From: Jimgerdemannia flammicorona
Taxonomy: Eukaryota
Assembly (NCBI GenBank): GCA_003990765.1
Contig: RBNJ01000038.1
Coordinates: 1 to 48,374, forward strand
DNA: 48,374 nt
Reading direction: 5' to 3'
Shown here piece by piece: positions 1 to 13,334 of the stretch. Positions within the stretch are counted from its first letter, which is position 1. Every line of letters starts with the position of its first letter. The notes under the pieces were generated by a model. It searched no databases. It saw only the letters and a list, made by a program, of their open reading frames with translations, and was not told where the DNA came from. A program made the position numbers and the translations under genes.

Positions 1-3000
1 CTATCACCCCATAGCCCCCTGCCAGCATCCACCAATACACCCAGCCTCTCTACTTCCTCCCACCCCCTCATGATGAAAGACTACTTTGCCATTCACCATC
101 ACCACCTACCCACTACTCTGGTCACAGATCTTTTCCACCAACCAACAATGTTGCTCACCCTGGGGCCCCCAATCAACCCACCACCCAGTCAACAGATCTC
201 CCATCAACCCCTCCTATCTCAATAACTTCTCCTATATACCTAACTGCCTCCTCTCCTCAAAAACAAAGAGCCAATATCTAGCCAGCCCTACCCATATAGC
301 TAAAACCCATTCTACAGTGAGCCATCCATTGCTCATATCTCTCACTAACCTAGATTTCAGATCCTCCCACTGCCCTCTCTCTCCATCTGGCCTCCTCTCC
401 ACACCCAACTGAGCCCCAACTGCTAACCAAAAGTCCCCCAGTACCTCACACTCTCTCAGCCAATACTCCAGTATCTGCATAAAACCCCCAACTTGCCCAA
501 TATTATAACACTCCTCACAATCAAATTGACCATCATCTACCAAGTGGCCAGCACAGAAATTCAACATGATATTCCTCTACAATATCCTCTACCATACCAC
601 CCAAAACTTTGGGGGAAGCTACCTCTACACCTCAGCACTCTATGATCAGACTCCTGCCCAGTTCCACTCCTCACCAATCCCCACTGCCTGCCAGCTACTT
701 GGCCACAGATCCTGTCCAAGACCCTGCTGAAATTCTACTCCATCACCAATATCAAACTCAGCAAGTGGAACTCCCCCCAGAAGCAGCCAGTCCCACTGCT
801 ACATAGCTGGCCCCTACAGTATCTCTCCCTCATTGCTTCATCAATACAGGCCTCTCCAGTGTACTCCATCTACTACTCTCCACCAGAAGCCCTTATACTG
901 TAGCCTTCAGCTTCTATCCAGACCCACCAGAGATAGCAAATCACCCAAGGATTCTCATAGAGAGAATCTCATCTCCCATACCTTCTGCATCAGAGGTACC
1001 CAGCCCCCTCCCTACAATTCCACTGCCCTTTTCAACCACCAAGCTCACAGACAATGTAGCTACTTAAGAAGGTCTATTAGTCCTAGCTCTTCCTGAATCA
1101 CCAGTACTGCCAGAGTGTCCCAACCAATCTGGGACTGCCTTCCTGCCCAAATCTAATCCCTAGCCAGTTTCATTAGTCTTTTCACCACCCAAGCTGAAAA
1201 GTCCAAATGATAAGCAACATATCATAGCTTGGGGAATCAGTAGACATTCAGGATCAAGACTTGATCTGCTAGGGAGATGTGGCAACCTCCTCAACCCCTC
1301 AGAGCCTCTCTCCAAATGGCTACTCTCCTCTTCCACCACACTCATAGCAAGACAGAACCATATACTAAAAAAAAGATGCTCAGATACCTCACCACCTCTC
1401 CTGTAGAGACAATTGTTCCAATGATGTCTCCTCCTACTAGACTATTCCCCAGCACCATTGTCTCATACTTATGCCAGTTGAGCTTTGCCCCAGAGTGTGC
1501 CTCATACCAGTCCACTATCACCTGAAGTACTGCAACATCTGCCACTGAGCCAAGACCAACTACCATATCATCTGCAAAGGCCCCCACCTTCTACACCACA
1601 CCATATACCAAGAGCCCTGCCACCTTCTGCTATATCCTATCCATCAAAGGTTCCAATGAAAAGGCATAGAGGATAGGAGACAATGGGTCTCCCTGAGGAA
1701 TGCCTCTCCCCAAGGGAAATGCCAGACCCCAGTGCCCATTATACATCAGTACTACTCTGCTCCCCTTCAACAGATTCAACATAGATGCTCGAAATCATGG
1801 GGGAACACCAATTCTATCCAGTACCTTGCCTAGCCACACCTGCCAAACACAGTCATAGGCCTTCTTCTGGTCCAAAAAGACCAGTCTCCCATCCAATCCA
1901 CAAGCCCTCACTCCTTCAATGATGCCATGAACCCAGGCAGTCCCATCTCTTATAAGCCTGCCTCTAACAAAGCCCTGCTGCTCCTCTCCCAGCACCTATT
2001 GGGCAACCTTCTGTAATCTTGCAACAATCACCTTGGTCACTATCTTCCTGTCTATATTCAGAAGTATGATTGGCCTCCAGTTCTTCCAATTCTCTCTCCT
2101 CTCCTTATCTTTATATAACAAGGCCACTAGCCCAAAGTCCTGCTTGCCGACCCACTTCCCATTCAGAAGAACATAGTCACAGAGAGCAGCCATCTCCCCC
2201 AATACTCCAGGGACCTTCACCATCTTCTTTCAGAAGTCCCAAGGCAGTCCATCTTTCCCTGGTACAGTCCTAAGCTTGGTTGCTACAAGGACTCTCTGGA
2301 TCTCCTCCTCTTGAACTGGTACAATTAAATCACCAAGGCCCTCTACTCATGGCAGATCTCACTCCTCCAGTGTGTCACCAATTGCTCCTTCATCTGCTCC
2401 CCCTTTCTCCTCACTCCACAGACTCCTCCATCTCTCCTTCAATACCCCCAAAATCTGTTATGTGCCATACACCATTTCTCCCTCAGCATCTAAGATCCCA
2501 TCTCAATGATATTGTACCCTCCTAGCTTGAAGATGTCTAGACAAGTACCTAGTAGGCCACTCACCCTCCTCAAGCCCCTGCCACTATAGTCTGACAGCCA
2601 TGCCTTTCAAATGAATTTCCTCCTCTTCTCTCAATATTCTTTGTACCTCCACTACCTCCAATTTCGCCCTCTCCAACCTCCAATCCTCTACCCCTTCAGA
2701 AGAAAGCAAATCAGCCCATTCTATCTGCAATCTACTCAGCCTGTTAGAAGCACATCTCACTCACTTTCTTCTCTGCCTCCCAGTCTCCTTACTAGCTCCT
2801 CCCCAATATACCCTCGCAGCCTCCTTCAGTCTCATTCAACAGTCACCTACAGATGAACCCTCATGTATCTAGTGAGTAATCTTCTCCTGGATCTCCTCCA
2901 CCCATGGGTCCCATAATCTCTTCTCAGCCAGCAGGGAGGAGTTAAGGTACCAATGTCCAGGTCCATCTCCACTCCCCCCAAACTGTCTCTGTTCCAACAG

Positions 3001-3676
3001 CCCCCAGTGATCAGACCATGGACACTACTCTACCTCTAGAGTCTGCCAAACATCATATCCCCAACAGTCAGCCATCAGAATCCAATCAATTCTCATACCC
3101 AGCCCATTCACCCAGTGCATATAGACCCTCTGGTTGCCCCAACATATTCTACCCCTATCCCCTAAGGAGCTAAGGTTCTCTGCCTCCTCTCACTTATCCA
3201 GACCACTACTCCTCCTACCTGTACTCCTCCCTCCATCAGTTCTATCTAGCTGCAGATCCCACACCATATTAAAGTCACATTAATGTCTTCCTCCAAGAGA
3301 ATGCCTTCCTCCAAAAGATCCTTAATCTACTCAATCTACTCACCCCTAACTGCAGGACAGTAGCAGGAGCTAATCTTCACTGACTCCCATCCTGGCCTAA
3401 GCCATTCTCCCCAGACCAATTGATCACCCCAGCTTCTAATTCTGCTCAAATCTCCTCTACCCTTCCTTATCAGAATTGCCACCTTGCCAACCCATGCAGT
3501 AGCTCCTCTTCATTCTTTAGTCCACTCTACTTGATCTTCCTTATCCTCACATATATATCCTGCAGTAAAAAGAGATCAGCCTCCAATCCTTTAAGTTAAG
3601 TAAAAATGTTCTTATGCTGCTCAGTACCCCGCAATCCATTCACATTTAGAGAAAAAATGTTAGTTGTACTGTTTAT
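1..3676 (-). pseudogene. LINE ORF2 (APE endonuclease, reverse transcriptase, C-terminal Cys/His zinc domain), with many stops and frameshifts
   Basis: Motifs FSLNVNG, LFLLQD, SDH, NWKNWRPIILLNIDRKI, QQGFVRGRLI, FLDQKKAYD, GIPQGDPLSP, GAFADDM and CEEC..EYWLREC. Confidence 0.9.
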
Positions 3677-3707
3677 TAGGAATAATGTTAAATATCAATC
3701 CCAGTCT

Positions 3708-5711
3708 CTATAAATCCACATTCAACTCCTCCTATGCTAAGTCCAAGTCATGTTCTGTAGCCAGCACCTTCTTCTCATCTGCCCATACTTCCAATTCTTC
3801 CAGAAGTTCAGCCATTGTCCCATTCTCCTTTTCCTTGAAGTCCTCATGATACTCCAGACATGCCTCTTGCCAGAGCTGCAAACCATGCTGCTCTGCCCAA
3901 CAGTAGACAGCCTGCTCACCAGCAACAACCACCAGCTCCACCTCCCTCACCTTATCAATCTCATATCCTTCCTCCTCCAGAAAAATCACAAGAATCTCCA
4001 TCTTCAGTGTCTGCACCACCCCTTCTCTATGCAAAATCCCTGCTCAATGCTCCTCACTCATCACTCACAGGTCCATCTCCCCCAACTCCTCAGCTACAAG
4101 GTTATCCATCACCTTGCTCATCCATAGCAGATTCCCCACCTCCTTTCCTCCTGGTGTCCCTGGCCTTCCTGTATCCAGTATCATGGTATTAGCCCCTACA
4201 CTGACAGTCTCATCCCATTCCTCCTCAGGGACATCCACCAGCTCATCCTCACCAACAGCCACTACCTGTCTACCCTTTACCACATCAGAAATCCCAAAGT
4301 GCACCTGCTGAGCACCCCACATCAGCTCATCCTCTGCTGCCTGACCTCTTGTAGCTGGGCCCTGTCTGATCAGAGAGGGAGTATCATCCACAACTAGGTC
4401 CCAGATCTCAAAAGTACCATCAGCAAATGGATCCTTGAGTGGTGCCTTCTCAGCCCCTTCCAGGCCCTCCTCCCTATCCCCTCTACCCTTGCTAGCCCAG
4501 ACACTTGCCTCCACTCCTCCAGACTTCACAGGGCCCCCAGCCTTCATCTTAGCCCCTCCATCTATGCTTGCTAGCAACTTCCTCTGCCTTCTGTGCCCTT
4601 GAGCCCTCTCCCACTACCTCTTGTCAGTACAGACATGCTTCCCATCAATAATCTCCAGATGTGTTAACTCCTCATACAATTTCCAGGCCTTTGCCCTCTA
4701 ATCAACTACACTACTCAACTCCTCCAGAGCCTCCAATAAGTCCTTCTCCTCCTCTTCACTCCCTCTCACCCTCAATATCTTATAGACAAAAGCTCTCCAC
4801 ATCAACACTGAGGGCCAGTCACTCATCTTCCCCATGGCCTCCTTTCTAGCCAATCTAATCCTCACATCCATATCACCTGTCCTGATGGAGGTCCCCTCCC
4901 ATACCTGGAAGCCAATGTCCACCACATTATCATACTCTACCATCACCTCCTCTACCCTCCTCCTAGTCTCCTCCTTTGTCACTATAGGCACCCCCTTCAC
5001 CAACAACTACACCACCCTGGGGTCTCACCTCAGACAGTGCACCATGGGGACCACCACTTTCCCAACCACTACTCTAGTCTTCAGAGCCTCTTTCAGTGGG
5101 CCCGCCTCCTCAAAGCCCACCTCAACTCCCTCCAGACCCTTCAGAAACTTCACCAAGACAGCCCCAGCCACCTGTTTCAATATAAGCCCCAGGACCATCC
5201 TTGTCATCACTACCAAGCCCTGGAAGCACAGTATCATTGCAAACTCCGAGATTGATTTCCTGAGTAACAGTATTACCACCAGCCCCATTATACCATTGGC
5301 CAGGTCCCCCTTCTGCATTGGGAACCCCTGCCCTACTCCACTATCACCAGTCACATCTCTTTTTTTTTTCTGATTCCCCATCATACTTCTATCAGCAATT
5401 CCTCTCCCAGCCACAGCACCTCCTATACCTATGCTTGCAGCCCTCACCTGAGTACCTCCCCCCCTTCCAAGGCTCACCTTGCCCTTCCCTTCAGCAGTAC
5501 CAGCCCTAGATCCAGCCAGCCACCCAGTCTCCTTCACCTTATCTGCAAAGCTTGGGGGGCCAGGCCTTCCCCCATTGCCACCAGCCACTGGTCCACCTCT
5601 AGATCCAAAGGCCCCCATCCCCAGGCCATAACCCCTCTCTATATTCTGCTAGCTGAAAGCTCCAGGTCCATCCAATCCAGCATGCCTGTCAGAACTCTTA
5701 CTCAATGACAT
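3708..5711 (-). pseudogene. LINE ORF1 (RRM-like region plus acidic C-terminal region)
   Basis: ATG at 5711. LVKGVP..VEYDNVVDIGFQVWEGTSIRTGDMDVRIRL resembles the RRM of Tx1-type ORF1 proteins. Homologous to 42600-44619. Confidence 0.75.
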
Positions 5712-5796
5712 GTTTATAGTACCTTTCCTCTGAGTTATATTGAAAACTATTGCTTAAAGTTGGTGTAATGTAAATTATATAGGAGAAAGGAAGTCT

Positions 5797-6516
5797 GTAC
5801 TGGTGATCCTTATTATTATATCCTCTACTGCTATGAAATAGAAACCAAGATCACTATTGCTACCAAATGTCTCCAAATATAGCAGGAGTATGAAATAGGA
5901 AACCTCCTCTACTAGGAGTTCCTACAGACCAGCCCCCAAGAGTTACAAGATGCCACTCCCATAGATATATGAAGCAAGGACAGCTAAGAATATCTATCAG
6001 ATCTTCAGACATGTACTATGGTCAATCCCCAACTTGGAGTATGTTAAAGTCTCAGATTTCAGAGACCTGTTATCCCACTATATCAATGTACTAAAAGCCA
6101 GAGTGGCTATAGAAGCCCAGTTCACTATCACCCTCAATAGTGATAAAGTAGAAGACTTCTGATATCCCATTCTTCAGGACAACCCAGATCAATTCCTGCA
6201 AGGATTGATCTCAGTATTCTAAGGCCCAAGCATCCAGGTTAGACCTCCCCAAGACCCCATATTTATTCTCTATTTTGTAAAAGAGAACCTCATAGACTGG
6301 AGAGCTCTAGATCTCCTTGTTCCTGCCACCACCACCACTAAATGTGATGACATCATTGGCAATAATGTCATCTCATGTGATATATGTGAAGTATGCAAAG
6401 TATGCACAATGAGTGACCTATGTAATGATGATGAATTTGCAGACCTCATCTCCTATGAAGACATCCTGACCTCTGATGAGAATGAAGCCCCTATAGTCTT
6501 AAACATTCTGCTCTAA
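5797..6516 (+). pseudogene. Decayed copy of the LTR-encoded 277-aa protein of unknown function
   Basis: Translates as GDPYYYILY..IETKITIAT..WSIPNLEYVKVSDFRDL..ILQDNPDQFLQGLI..EAPIVLNILL*, matching ORF 21106-21939. Confidence 0.85.
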
Positions 6517-6882
6517 AGTTCTTTTGTTACACTGAATTATTTCAGCACCATTTTCCTGTACTACTGTAATTATACCAGCATCCTGAATCTATACAACTAG
6601 TGCTCCAAATGAATGGAGTTGATTCAGATGAGATTCGATTCAGATTCATCATGTGATGGATTCAAATCAACTCAGATTGGTCTTGTGATCTGATCTGGAT
6701 TGATCCATCCAGATGATCCATCTGGATTGATCCATCTGGATTGAAATCTTTGGTGACATCATCCTTTCTTTTGTTCATTTCACTCTTGTTTTTTTTTTTT
6801 CTGCCGCACTTTGGTGACATCACTCTTTCCTTTGTTCCCTCTCTTTTCTTTGTTCTTTTTCTTTATTCTTTCCTGCCACATC

Positions 6883-8982
6883 ATGAGCAAACAAAATAGC
6901 AGCCCTTAATTTATATGTTGGTCCAGTCTACTCATTTTTCACCCTGCAATGATCATCAAAAGAGGGAGTATTCAAGGTGGAAATGCACTCTCTGCTGACA
7001 ATGTTAGATTCTTTCTCATATGAACAGCACACAAGCTGCTCATCAAGAGCCAAAGGGGTGACGGCAGTGGTGGTGGTGATGGCAATGGCAGGGATGAGGG
7101 AGAATTCTGGCAACAACTCACAGCGGCCCTTCGGACCTCGGAATTCACAGACCTCACAGCTATGTATGCAGCAGCCTTTTTGGAGCAGCCAATAGTAGAT
7201 GTAGGTTGCTCACTCGGCTGCCACTTGTTTACTTGTGTTTATTTAAACTTCTCCAGCACAACCCAATTCACCTTGTGCTTTTCTTAGGGTCCACAGCTCT
7301 ATGGTGAGATCTGCCAACTTTATTCACAACATCTGGTCAAGATGAAGAAAGACTGGCAGATGTTGCGGGGCATGTCTTTGGTGGCTGAGCTGTTGAGTCA
7401 ATGCATCATGTGGCAGAGGTCTCAAAAGAAACAGAAGCAAGCCTTCATGAGCAATTCTTGTGCAACTCGTACAACTCATCGGTATGCAACTCATTGGCAT
7501 ATAACTCGTCAGTATGTAGCTCACTCACTCATGCTCTTTTTCTGAAATACCCATCTCCATGTTTTATTTAATTTCATTTTTACATGGTCTCCTCTTAAAA
7601 AACACCCACACCTACATTAAACCCACACGCAACCCATCTGCATACAACCCGCCTGCACGCAACCCACCCGCAATCTGCCTGCAAGCAACCCGCCCACATG
7701 CAACCCATCTGCATACTTGTCTTGGTCCCTCAGATCAGGGCTCAGTTCCATTGGAAAGGAGAGTTCAAAGTTACCCAAGTTCAACTATATCCGGCATCTG
7801 ATCAAATAGAGAAATTCGAGGGCAAGATGTTCAGCATGAGCAGTACCAGCATCATCATTAAGGCTTGGGGGTCTACATTCAAATCAGAGCCAATTGTACT
7901 TGACCAAGGGGTCCATTGGCCAGCAGGAGTAACCAACGATGAAGAGAACCATATCTTTATTAACGAACATGGAGAGGTGGTTGCGATGGTGGTAAGGAAC
8001 CTCTACAGCAATGAGCTTTGCCGCCACATCAACAAGATTTGCAAGGATTGCATCAAATACCGGGTGGTAGGAAAGAGGGGGCAAAAAAAGCAAGGAGGGG
8101 GGGTTTGGATGGGAATTGGGTATACTGCAACACTGGTGAAGGGTGGGTTCCAGAGTTCCGAAATCTCCTGCACTCATCTCCTTTTTTTTTAACCCCTACC
8201 CAGATAAATCACACTCTTCGCCGACATACTCTTTTTGATACAATTCCAGAGATGCACAAGATTCTGTACCCCTACCAGAACTTTAGAAGTGCCATCAAAG
8301 AGCAAACTGCATGTGAGTACGACATGACCTGTGCGGTGATGGCAGCTATAATCTGGGGTTCTTTGAGCAGATTGGTAGAGTGTACGGCAGGCCAGCTTGG
8401 TGGTGATCTCGGCACGGCTGTACATACATTCTTGGCACAATTTAGCATGCTGTATGAGGTGAGGAGCTCCACTTTTTTGGGGTGCTGCAGCCCGGGGGGT
8501 TTCTGCGGCCTGGGGGGTTTCTGCCCCCTTGAATGCAAAAAGGACTGACCGGTTGCCATCCGATTTGGCAGGTTTCCGAGCCGGGGCTCTCGGGGCTGGA
8601 CCAAGGGCAGGCATCCACCAGCACAGCCTGGCAGTATGAGGTCCTGGGCCAAGGGTTCACCCAACCATATGCTCACATCACATCAGGATACATCAGGCAC
8701 AACCTTTCTCTATCCACACACACAGACAACAATGTCACCCCAGTAATGTTTTATGTCCCAGAAAGGAAGGGCCCAATCTGGGAGGATAGCAGCAGAGTCT
8801 GGTACGATCTCACCTATGGTTTCGGGGTCCCATTTGTGGCCAACACGGTCATCCTATTCCAACAACATGACCTCCATGGCACCGTCACCTTTGAGGAGAG
8901 CTCGGATACAACAGTTGTCGCACTCACAATGGATGACAGACTCATCAAGGCCTGGGACCAGCAGGTGGAGCAGTTTTTGTGA
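6883..8982 (+). pseudogene. Spliced cargo gene: putative TET/JBP-like 2OG-Fe(II) dioxygenase (two stops in exon 1; last exon open)
   Basis: Predicted exons ~6883-7200, 7288-~7511, ~7739-~8135, 8204-8458 and 8572-8982, separated by GT..AG introns. HxD (THTD, 8719-8727), then YDLTYGFGVPF..TVILF..HDLHGT (distal His at 8875), fits a double-stranded beta-helix metal triad. GGGVWMGIGY lies upstream. Confidence 0.6.
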
Positions 8983-9269
8983 GGATTAGGCAATCTTTCA
9001 TAAGGGTTAGGCAGCCATTTTGTGCAGGTTGGGCAGTCTTATGTGGGGGGGTTGGGCCGGGTGCCTCTTATGTAGCACTAGCTTAGCTGTTATGCAGGGC
9101 CCTACTGGCCCCCGGCCCTGCTCTGTAGTGCTGCTGGTGTGGTGCTGCGGTGCAGGGCCAGAGTGCCCATGGGACCCGAACCAGTGACTTCAACTGCCGG
9201 AAATATCCTTCAACCACCAGAAGCACCCTCCAACCGCCAGAAGCACCCTCTGCCCCAGACTCCTTGGCG

Positions 9270-9735
9270 GCTTAGGGCTGCCCCTATGCCACTGGCGGAG
9301 GGCTGCAAATTTTGCATGCTCCCTCCACCTGTCCTGCCTGTCCCAGACACTTGCGGCTTGGGGCAGCCCCTTGCTGCCAGCAGAGGGCCACAAATTTTTG
9401 CATGCTCCCTCAACCGACCCTGTGCCTACCAACCGACCCTGCCCACTGACCTGGGTGCTGACAGCTTAGGGCTGCCCCTTGCTGCTGGCAGAGGGCCGCA
9501 AATTTTGCATGCTCCCTCCGCCTACCCCCCCGACCCGGACACTTGTGGCTTGGGGCTGCCCCTTGCTGCTGGTGGAGGGCCACAAATTTTGCATGCTCCC
9601 TCCGCTGACCAGCCCACTGACCACTGACCCACTGCCCTCTGACCCACCGATCTGCCCACCGACCTGCCCACCGACCTGGGCACTGGCTGCACCTTGCTGC
9701 TGGCTGAGGGCCGCAAATATTGCACACTCCCTCCA
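9270..9735. repeat. GC-rich ~55-75 bp direct repeats (about 5 units) between the two convergent genes of the hAT element
   Basis: Recurring unit GGGCTGCCCCTTGCTGCTGGCRGAGGGCCRCAAATTTTGCATGCTCCCTCC, interspersed with short CCGACC/CTGACC repeats. Confidence 0.85.
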
Positions 9736-9869
9736 CCATTGCTGCCAACTCCGCCCCACTTTGGCTGCCAACTCTGGGCTGAGGTCTCAGGTTTTTTTTT
9801 CCTTTTTTATTATTTTGAAAGATATTAAATATTCCACAAGGCCAACCAACTTATCTACAGACCTGCCAA

Positions 9870-12450
9870 ATTTTAGCAGCCTGAGCCCCACCAAGACTTC
9901 AGACACATATGCTCAGATTGTCTCAGCATTCAGCATACACCTCTTTGGGGCAACAAGGTCCACCCCACCTGAGAACACCCACTCGATAGGAGCACTGAAG
10001 GTAGGAATCGCTAGGTAGTCCCGAGCCATACCACACAGGCTGGGGAAGTCTGTTTGATGCAGCTGTATGCCCCAGTGGGTAGAGCAGTGGTTAGATTGGT
10101 GGGTTAAATTGGCCCAATGCCCACCTGACAACCCACCTTCCACTAGTTGAGTATCTCTGTGCCCTCCAGCAGGACCATGCGGTCACTGGCAAGGTAAATA
10201 GTAAGTTCATCTATTGATGGCAACTCTTCCACTGATGGCTCCCTCTTCCTCTTTCTGCCGAAGTAAATGTGGGACAGGAGGGATCTCTTGGCATATTCAT
10301 CCGGACTTTGGCCAGAACCTTGCGGCGGTGCATAGTTTTTCCAGTACACTTCAATTACGGCCTGCTTAGTTCTCTCAATGAAGTGCTGCTCCCAGCCCTG
10401 ATCTTTATGGTATTGTAGCTTTAAGCATGGGTCCAGCACTATTTGAAGAAAAGGAGAGTGAGTTTTTGCAGGGTTTCCTCTATTTTGAAAGGGGTAATGG
10501 CCATATGCTGACATCGACATACCTATACTGATTGAGTATATAGCGGTATCTATTTGGGAGTAGTATTTTCTAAGCTTACTTAGAGCAACCTCCACAGCAT
10601 CTCTCTGATCCAGGCTTAACCGTAAATCACTGCAACCCTCCAGCCTGTCCTTGAGCTTGTCCTCTAGCTGGTCAATCAGAAGGTTGTATATCAGTATTAC
10701 AGAGCTTATTGTCGGAGTCGTTTGTTTGACTATATTCTTTGTATAATCATTGAAACACTAGCAGTTATGTATATGTGGTGAGGTGTTGTATTGTGCGAAG
10801 GCAGACAAAATGAGTGTGGAGCCAGGGCAACCACTACTTACTTTCAAAACTCTAACAACATTCCTAAGTACATCCCACTTGCTTTTACCTAGAGCCTCGG
10901 CCCATATTTCCTTGTCGGCACCCATCATTGAATCTATTGGCTTTTTTTTTTTTTTTTTTTTTAAAAATAAATCTTCCATCATCCAAAACAGTTGCTTCAG
11001 CTGACCAAAGAAAAAAAGGATACATACCACAGCAAAATTCCAGTATGTGCTGGATCATTGCAAATGTTGAGTTTCAATGCATACAGACATCTAATATAAG
11101 CTCTTTCGGGGCTAAACTGATTGCCCTACACTGCATAGCGAATTTGTCTCATTATTGTGGGGATGATCAGACCAACACAACCATTGCGCAGCTTGGAAAT
11201 TATACTCAGGGCCCCTCCTCTCTCAGATGTTTTGTCTATATACATAAGATAGTCCTGAACAGCAAGGTTCAGTATATGGGCCTGGCATCGCATATGGCAG
11301 CTTTCTGCACTGAAGGCCATGTTTTCCTATTTGAGGCTGACCGCTAAAACTTGGAAAAATGTTGAGTTGTTTGTGGCATTGTCTGTCATAATGGCTAAAA
11401 TCTGTACTTGAAATATTTGGTTGACAAATTTATGTGAAAATAAGTAACCAATAAAATCTGATTTGGTTTAGGACCTCCCTCAAAATGCTGACCTAATGAC
11501 AAGCCCCCCTTTTTTACCTTGGTGGTGATCCCAAGCTCCCGGATACAACTAATAAAAGCATCTGCGATGTTGTCTCCAGAATGAGGGCCAGCAAGTTTGA
11601 CGAAGTCAAGGGTGAGAGATTTAAGCTGCCAATTGAGGTCAATCCAATGACTGGTAATGCCCAGAAACGAAATTGCATTGGGGGATGTCCATGTGTTGAT
11701 CGTAAACGAAATTTTGCCTGTCGAATTCTGCTTATTGAATGTGAGGTTAAATTGGTGAGCTCTTTTATATAATTCAGCTTGCAAAGGTATGGTGCTGCCC
11801 TTATTTTATCTGAAGTATCTGGCAGAGATTGTCATGCTCCTTCCTATAGGCCTCCAGGACATCTTTGCAAATAGTATCGGCACTTGGCAAATATAAATCA
11901 TGCTTGAGGAGGCCAAAGATACTATGCAATTGATCACTCTTGATGGTTGTGAATGACTGATCTATGTACACAATCCAGCAAATGAGCTGATTTCGAAATT
12001 CTGCTGAAGAGTATGGCTAAATATTTTTGATTAAATGGTGTTGTTAGTACAGAAATGGTCAGGCAATCAGATAAACATACCCACCACAGCTTGGATATCG
12101 ATTTTATTTGTCTCCATGTTCTTTTTGATTTTGTCAGAGTGCTTGTCTTTTATGTGTTGATTCATGTTCAAAGTCATACCCCCAAGCATTTTGAACTTCT
12201 GGCTGGTGCAGTTCATGGGGGTGGATGAAACAATATCATGTGTGTGTCAAAACAATATCATGTATGTGTCAAAACAAAGTGTCAATAGGTGTGTCTTAAT
12301 TTTTTACCTGCAATAATTACAAACAACATCATCTCCTATCTTAGCACATTATTGCCAGATTTTGGAGCAAGGATTGTGTGGAACTATCAGAGATGTTTGA
12401 CTTGAAGCATCATCGGTACTGTGAACTGTTGAAGACTGATCTGTCGACAT
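9870..12450 (-). pseudogene. hAT transposase (BED finger, RNase H-like DDE core, C-terminal dimerisation domain), intron-containing, with stops
   Basis: SKIWQ..VVCNYC..TLNMNQHIKDKH (BED); ISFTINTWTSPNAISFLGITSHWID; GPHSGDNIA; TDNATN; RCQAHILNLAVQD; LDPCLK; FPSLCGMARDYLAIPTFSAPIEWVFS. Confidence 0.93.
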
Positions 12451-12554
12451 GTGTGTTTGTGTGTTTGCATGTTTGCGTGTGCATGTGTATGCGTGTGTAT
12501 GTATGCATGTATGTGTATTGTATTATGGACGTGTCCGGCATATGAGTTATGTAG

Positions 12555-12970
12555 AGGATTTGGATTGGAGGATTTGGTTGAAGGATTCAGATGAGGATTC
12601 AGATTGAAGGATTCAAATTGGAGGATTCAAATTGGAGGATTTGAATTGGAGGATTCAAATTGGAGGATTTGAATTGAGTGATTTGGATTGAGTGATTTGG
12701 ATTGAGTAATTCGAATTGAGTGATTTGGATTGGGGTAGTTCGGATGGGTGATTCAGATGGGTAATTCGGATGGGGCAATTCAGATGGGGCAATTCAGATT
12801 GAGTGATTCGGATTGAGTGATTTGGATTGGGGTAGTTTAGATGGGTAATTTGGATGGGGCAATTCAGATAGGGCGATTCGGATTAAATCTGAGTTGATTC
12901 AGATGGCTTCAGATTTGAGATTCGAATCAAACCATCATGTGATGAATCGAATCTGGATTTGATTCAAATT
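12555..12970. repeat. hAT subterminal tandem repeats (~15-bp GGATTCAAATTGGA / GTGATTTGGATTGA units)
   Basis: Directly visible tandem array next to the right TIR. Related motifs occur at 6615-6750. Confidence 0.85.
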
Positions 12971-13334
12971 GACTTGTTCAGAGCACTATATACAACCATC
13001 AGTACCAACCCTGGAACTTAGTAGTTTTTCCTGTCCTGGTATTTTATTTTAGTTATTGTAGCTTTATATCTTAGCAATCATTGAATTATATTTTGTATAA
13101 ATACCTCTCTTATTTTCTCTGAAATAAAGTCAGTCAAGTTCACTTTTATATACTTCCTTGCAAGCAATCTAAGAGATAACAAGATAGTTTAAAGATAAGA
13201 AGTTTGAGGACTATAAGACCTTAGGAAGGCACTCCAATAAGAACTTGCTTATAACAAACTTGAGTTAGTCTAAGAGATACATCTTGAAGAGAATCTGACA
13301 TATTTGAAGGACTCAGTGACCACTATATAATAAT

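Larger units (their letters stand above)
1..5790 (-). mobile_element. L1/Tx1-like non-LTR retrotransposon, copy A (near full length, decayed; 3' tail lies outside the window)
   Basis: ORF1 and ORF2 remnants are collinear with the copies at 28888-34790 and 42520-48374. The shared 5' end (..GGAGAAAG on +) is near 5790, where the element interrupts an LTR-ORF copy. Confidence 0.92.
6598..12988. mobile_element. hAT-superfamily DNA transposon (6391 bp) with a cargo gene
   Basis: Perfect 8-bp TSD TATACAAC (6590-6597 and 12989-12996). TIRs TAGTGCTCcaaa and TAGTGCTCtgaa. GATTC/GGATT subterminal repeats at both ends. hAT transposase inside. Confidence 0.95.
5797..13332 (+). mobile_element. ORF-containing LTR, copy 1 (5' part displaced by the LINE; interrupted by the hAT element at 6598-12988)
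   Basis: 5797-6597 and 12989-13332 match the reverse complement of 20585-21810. The end CCACTATATAATA is a decayed CCACTACGTGACA and is followed by ATAT. Confidence 0.85.

Noticed and set aside
9270-9735. Repeat-and-spacer appearance resembling a CRISPR array
   Set aside because: The units are long, degenerate and irregularly spaced, the context is a eukaryotic transposon, and there are no cas genes.
9139-10018. 162-aa and 179-aa ORFs in the hAT interior
   Set aside because: They arise from GC-rich tandem repeats and from the antisense strand of the transposase end.
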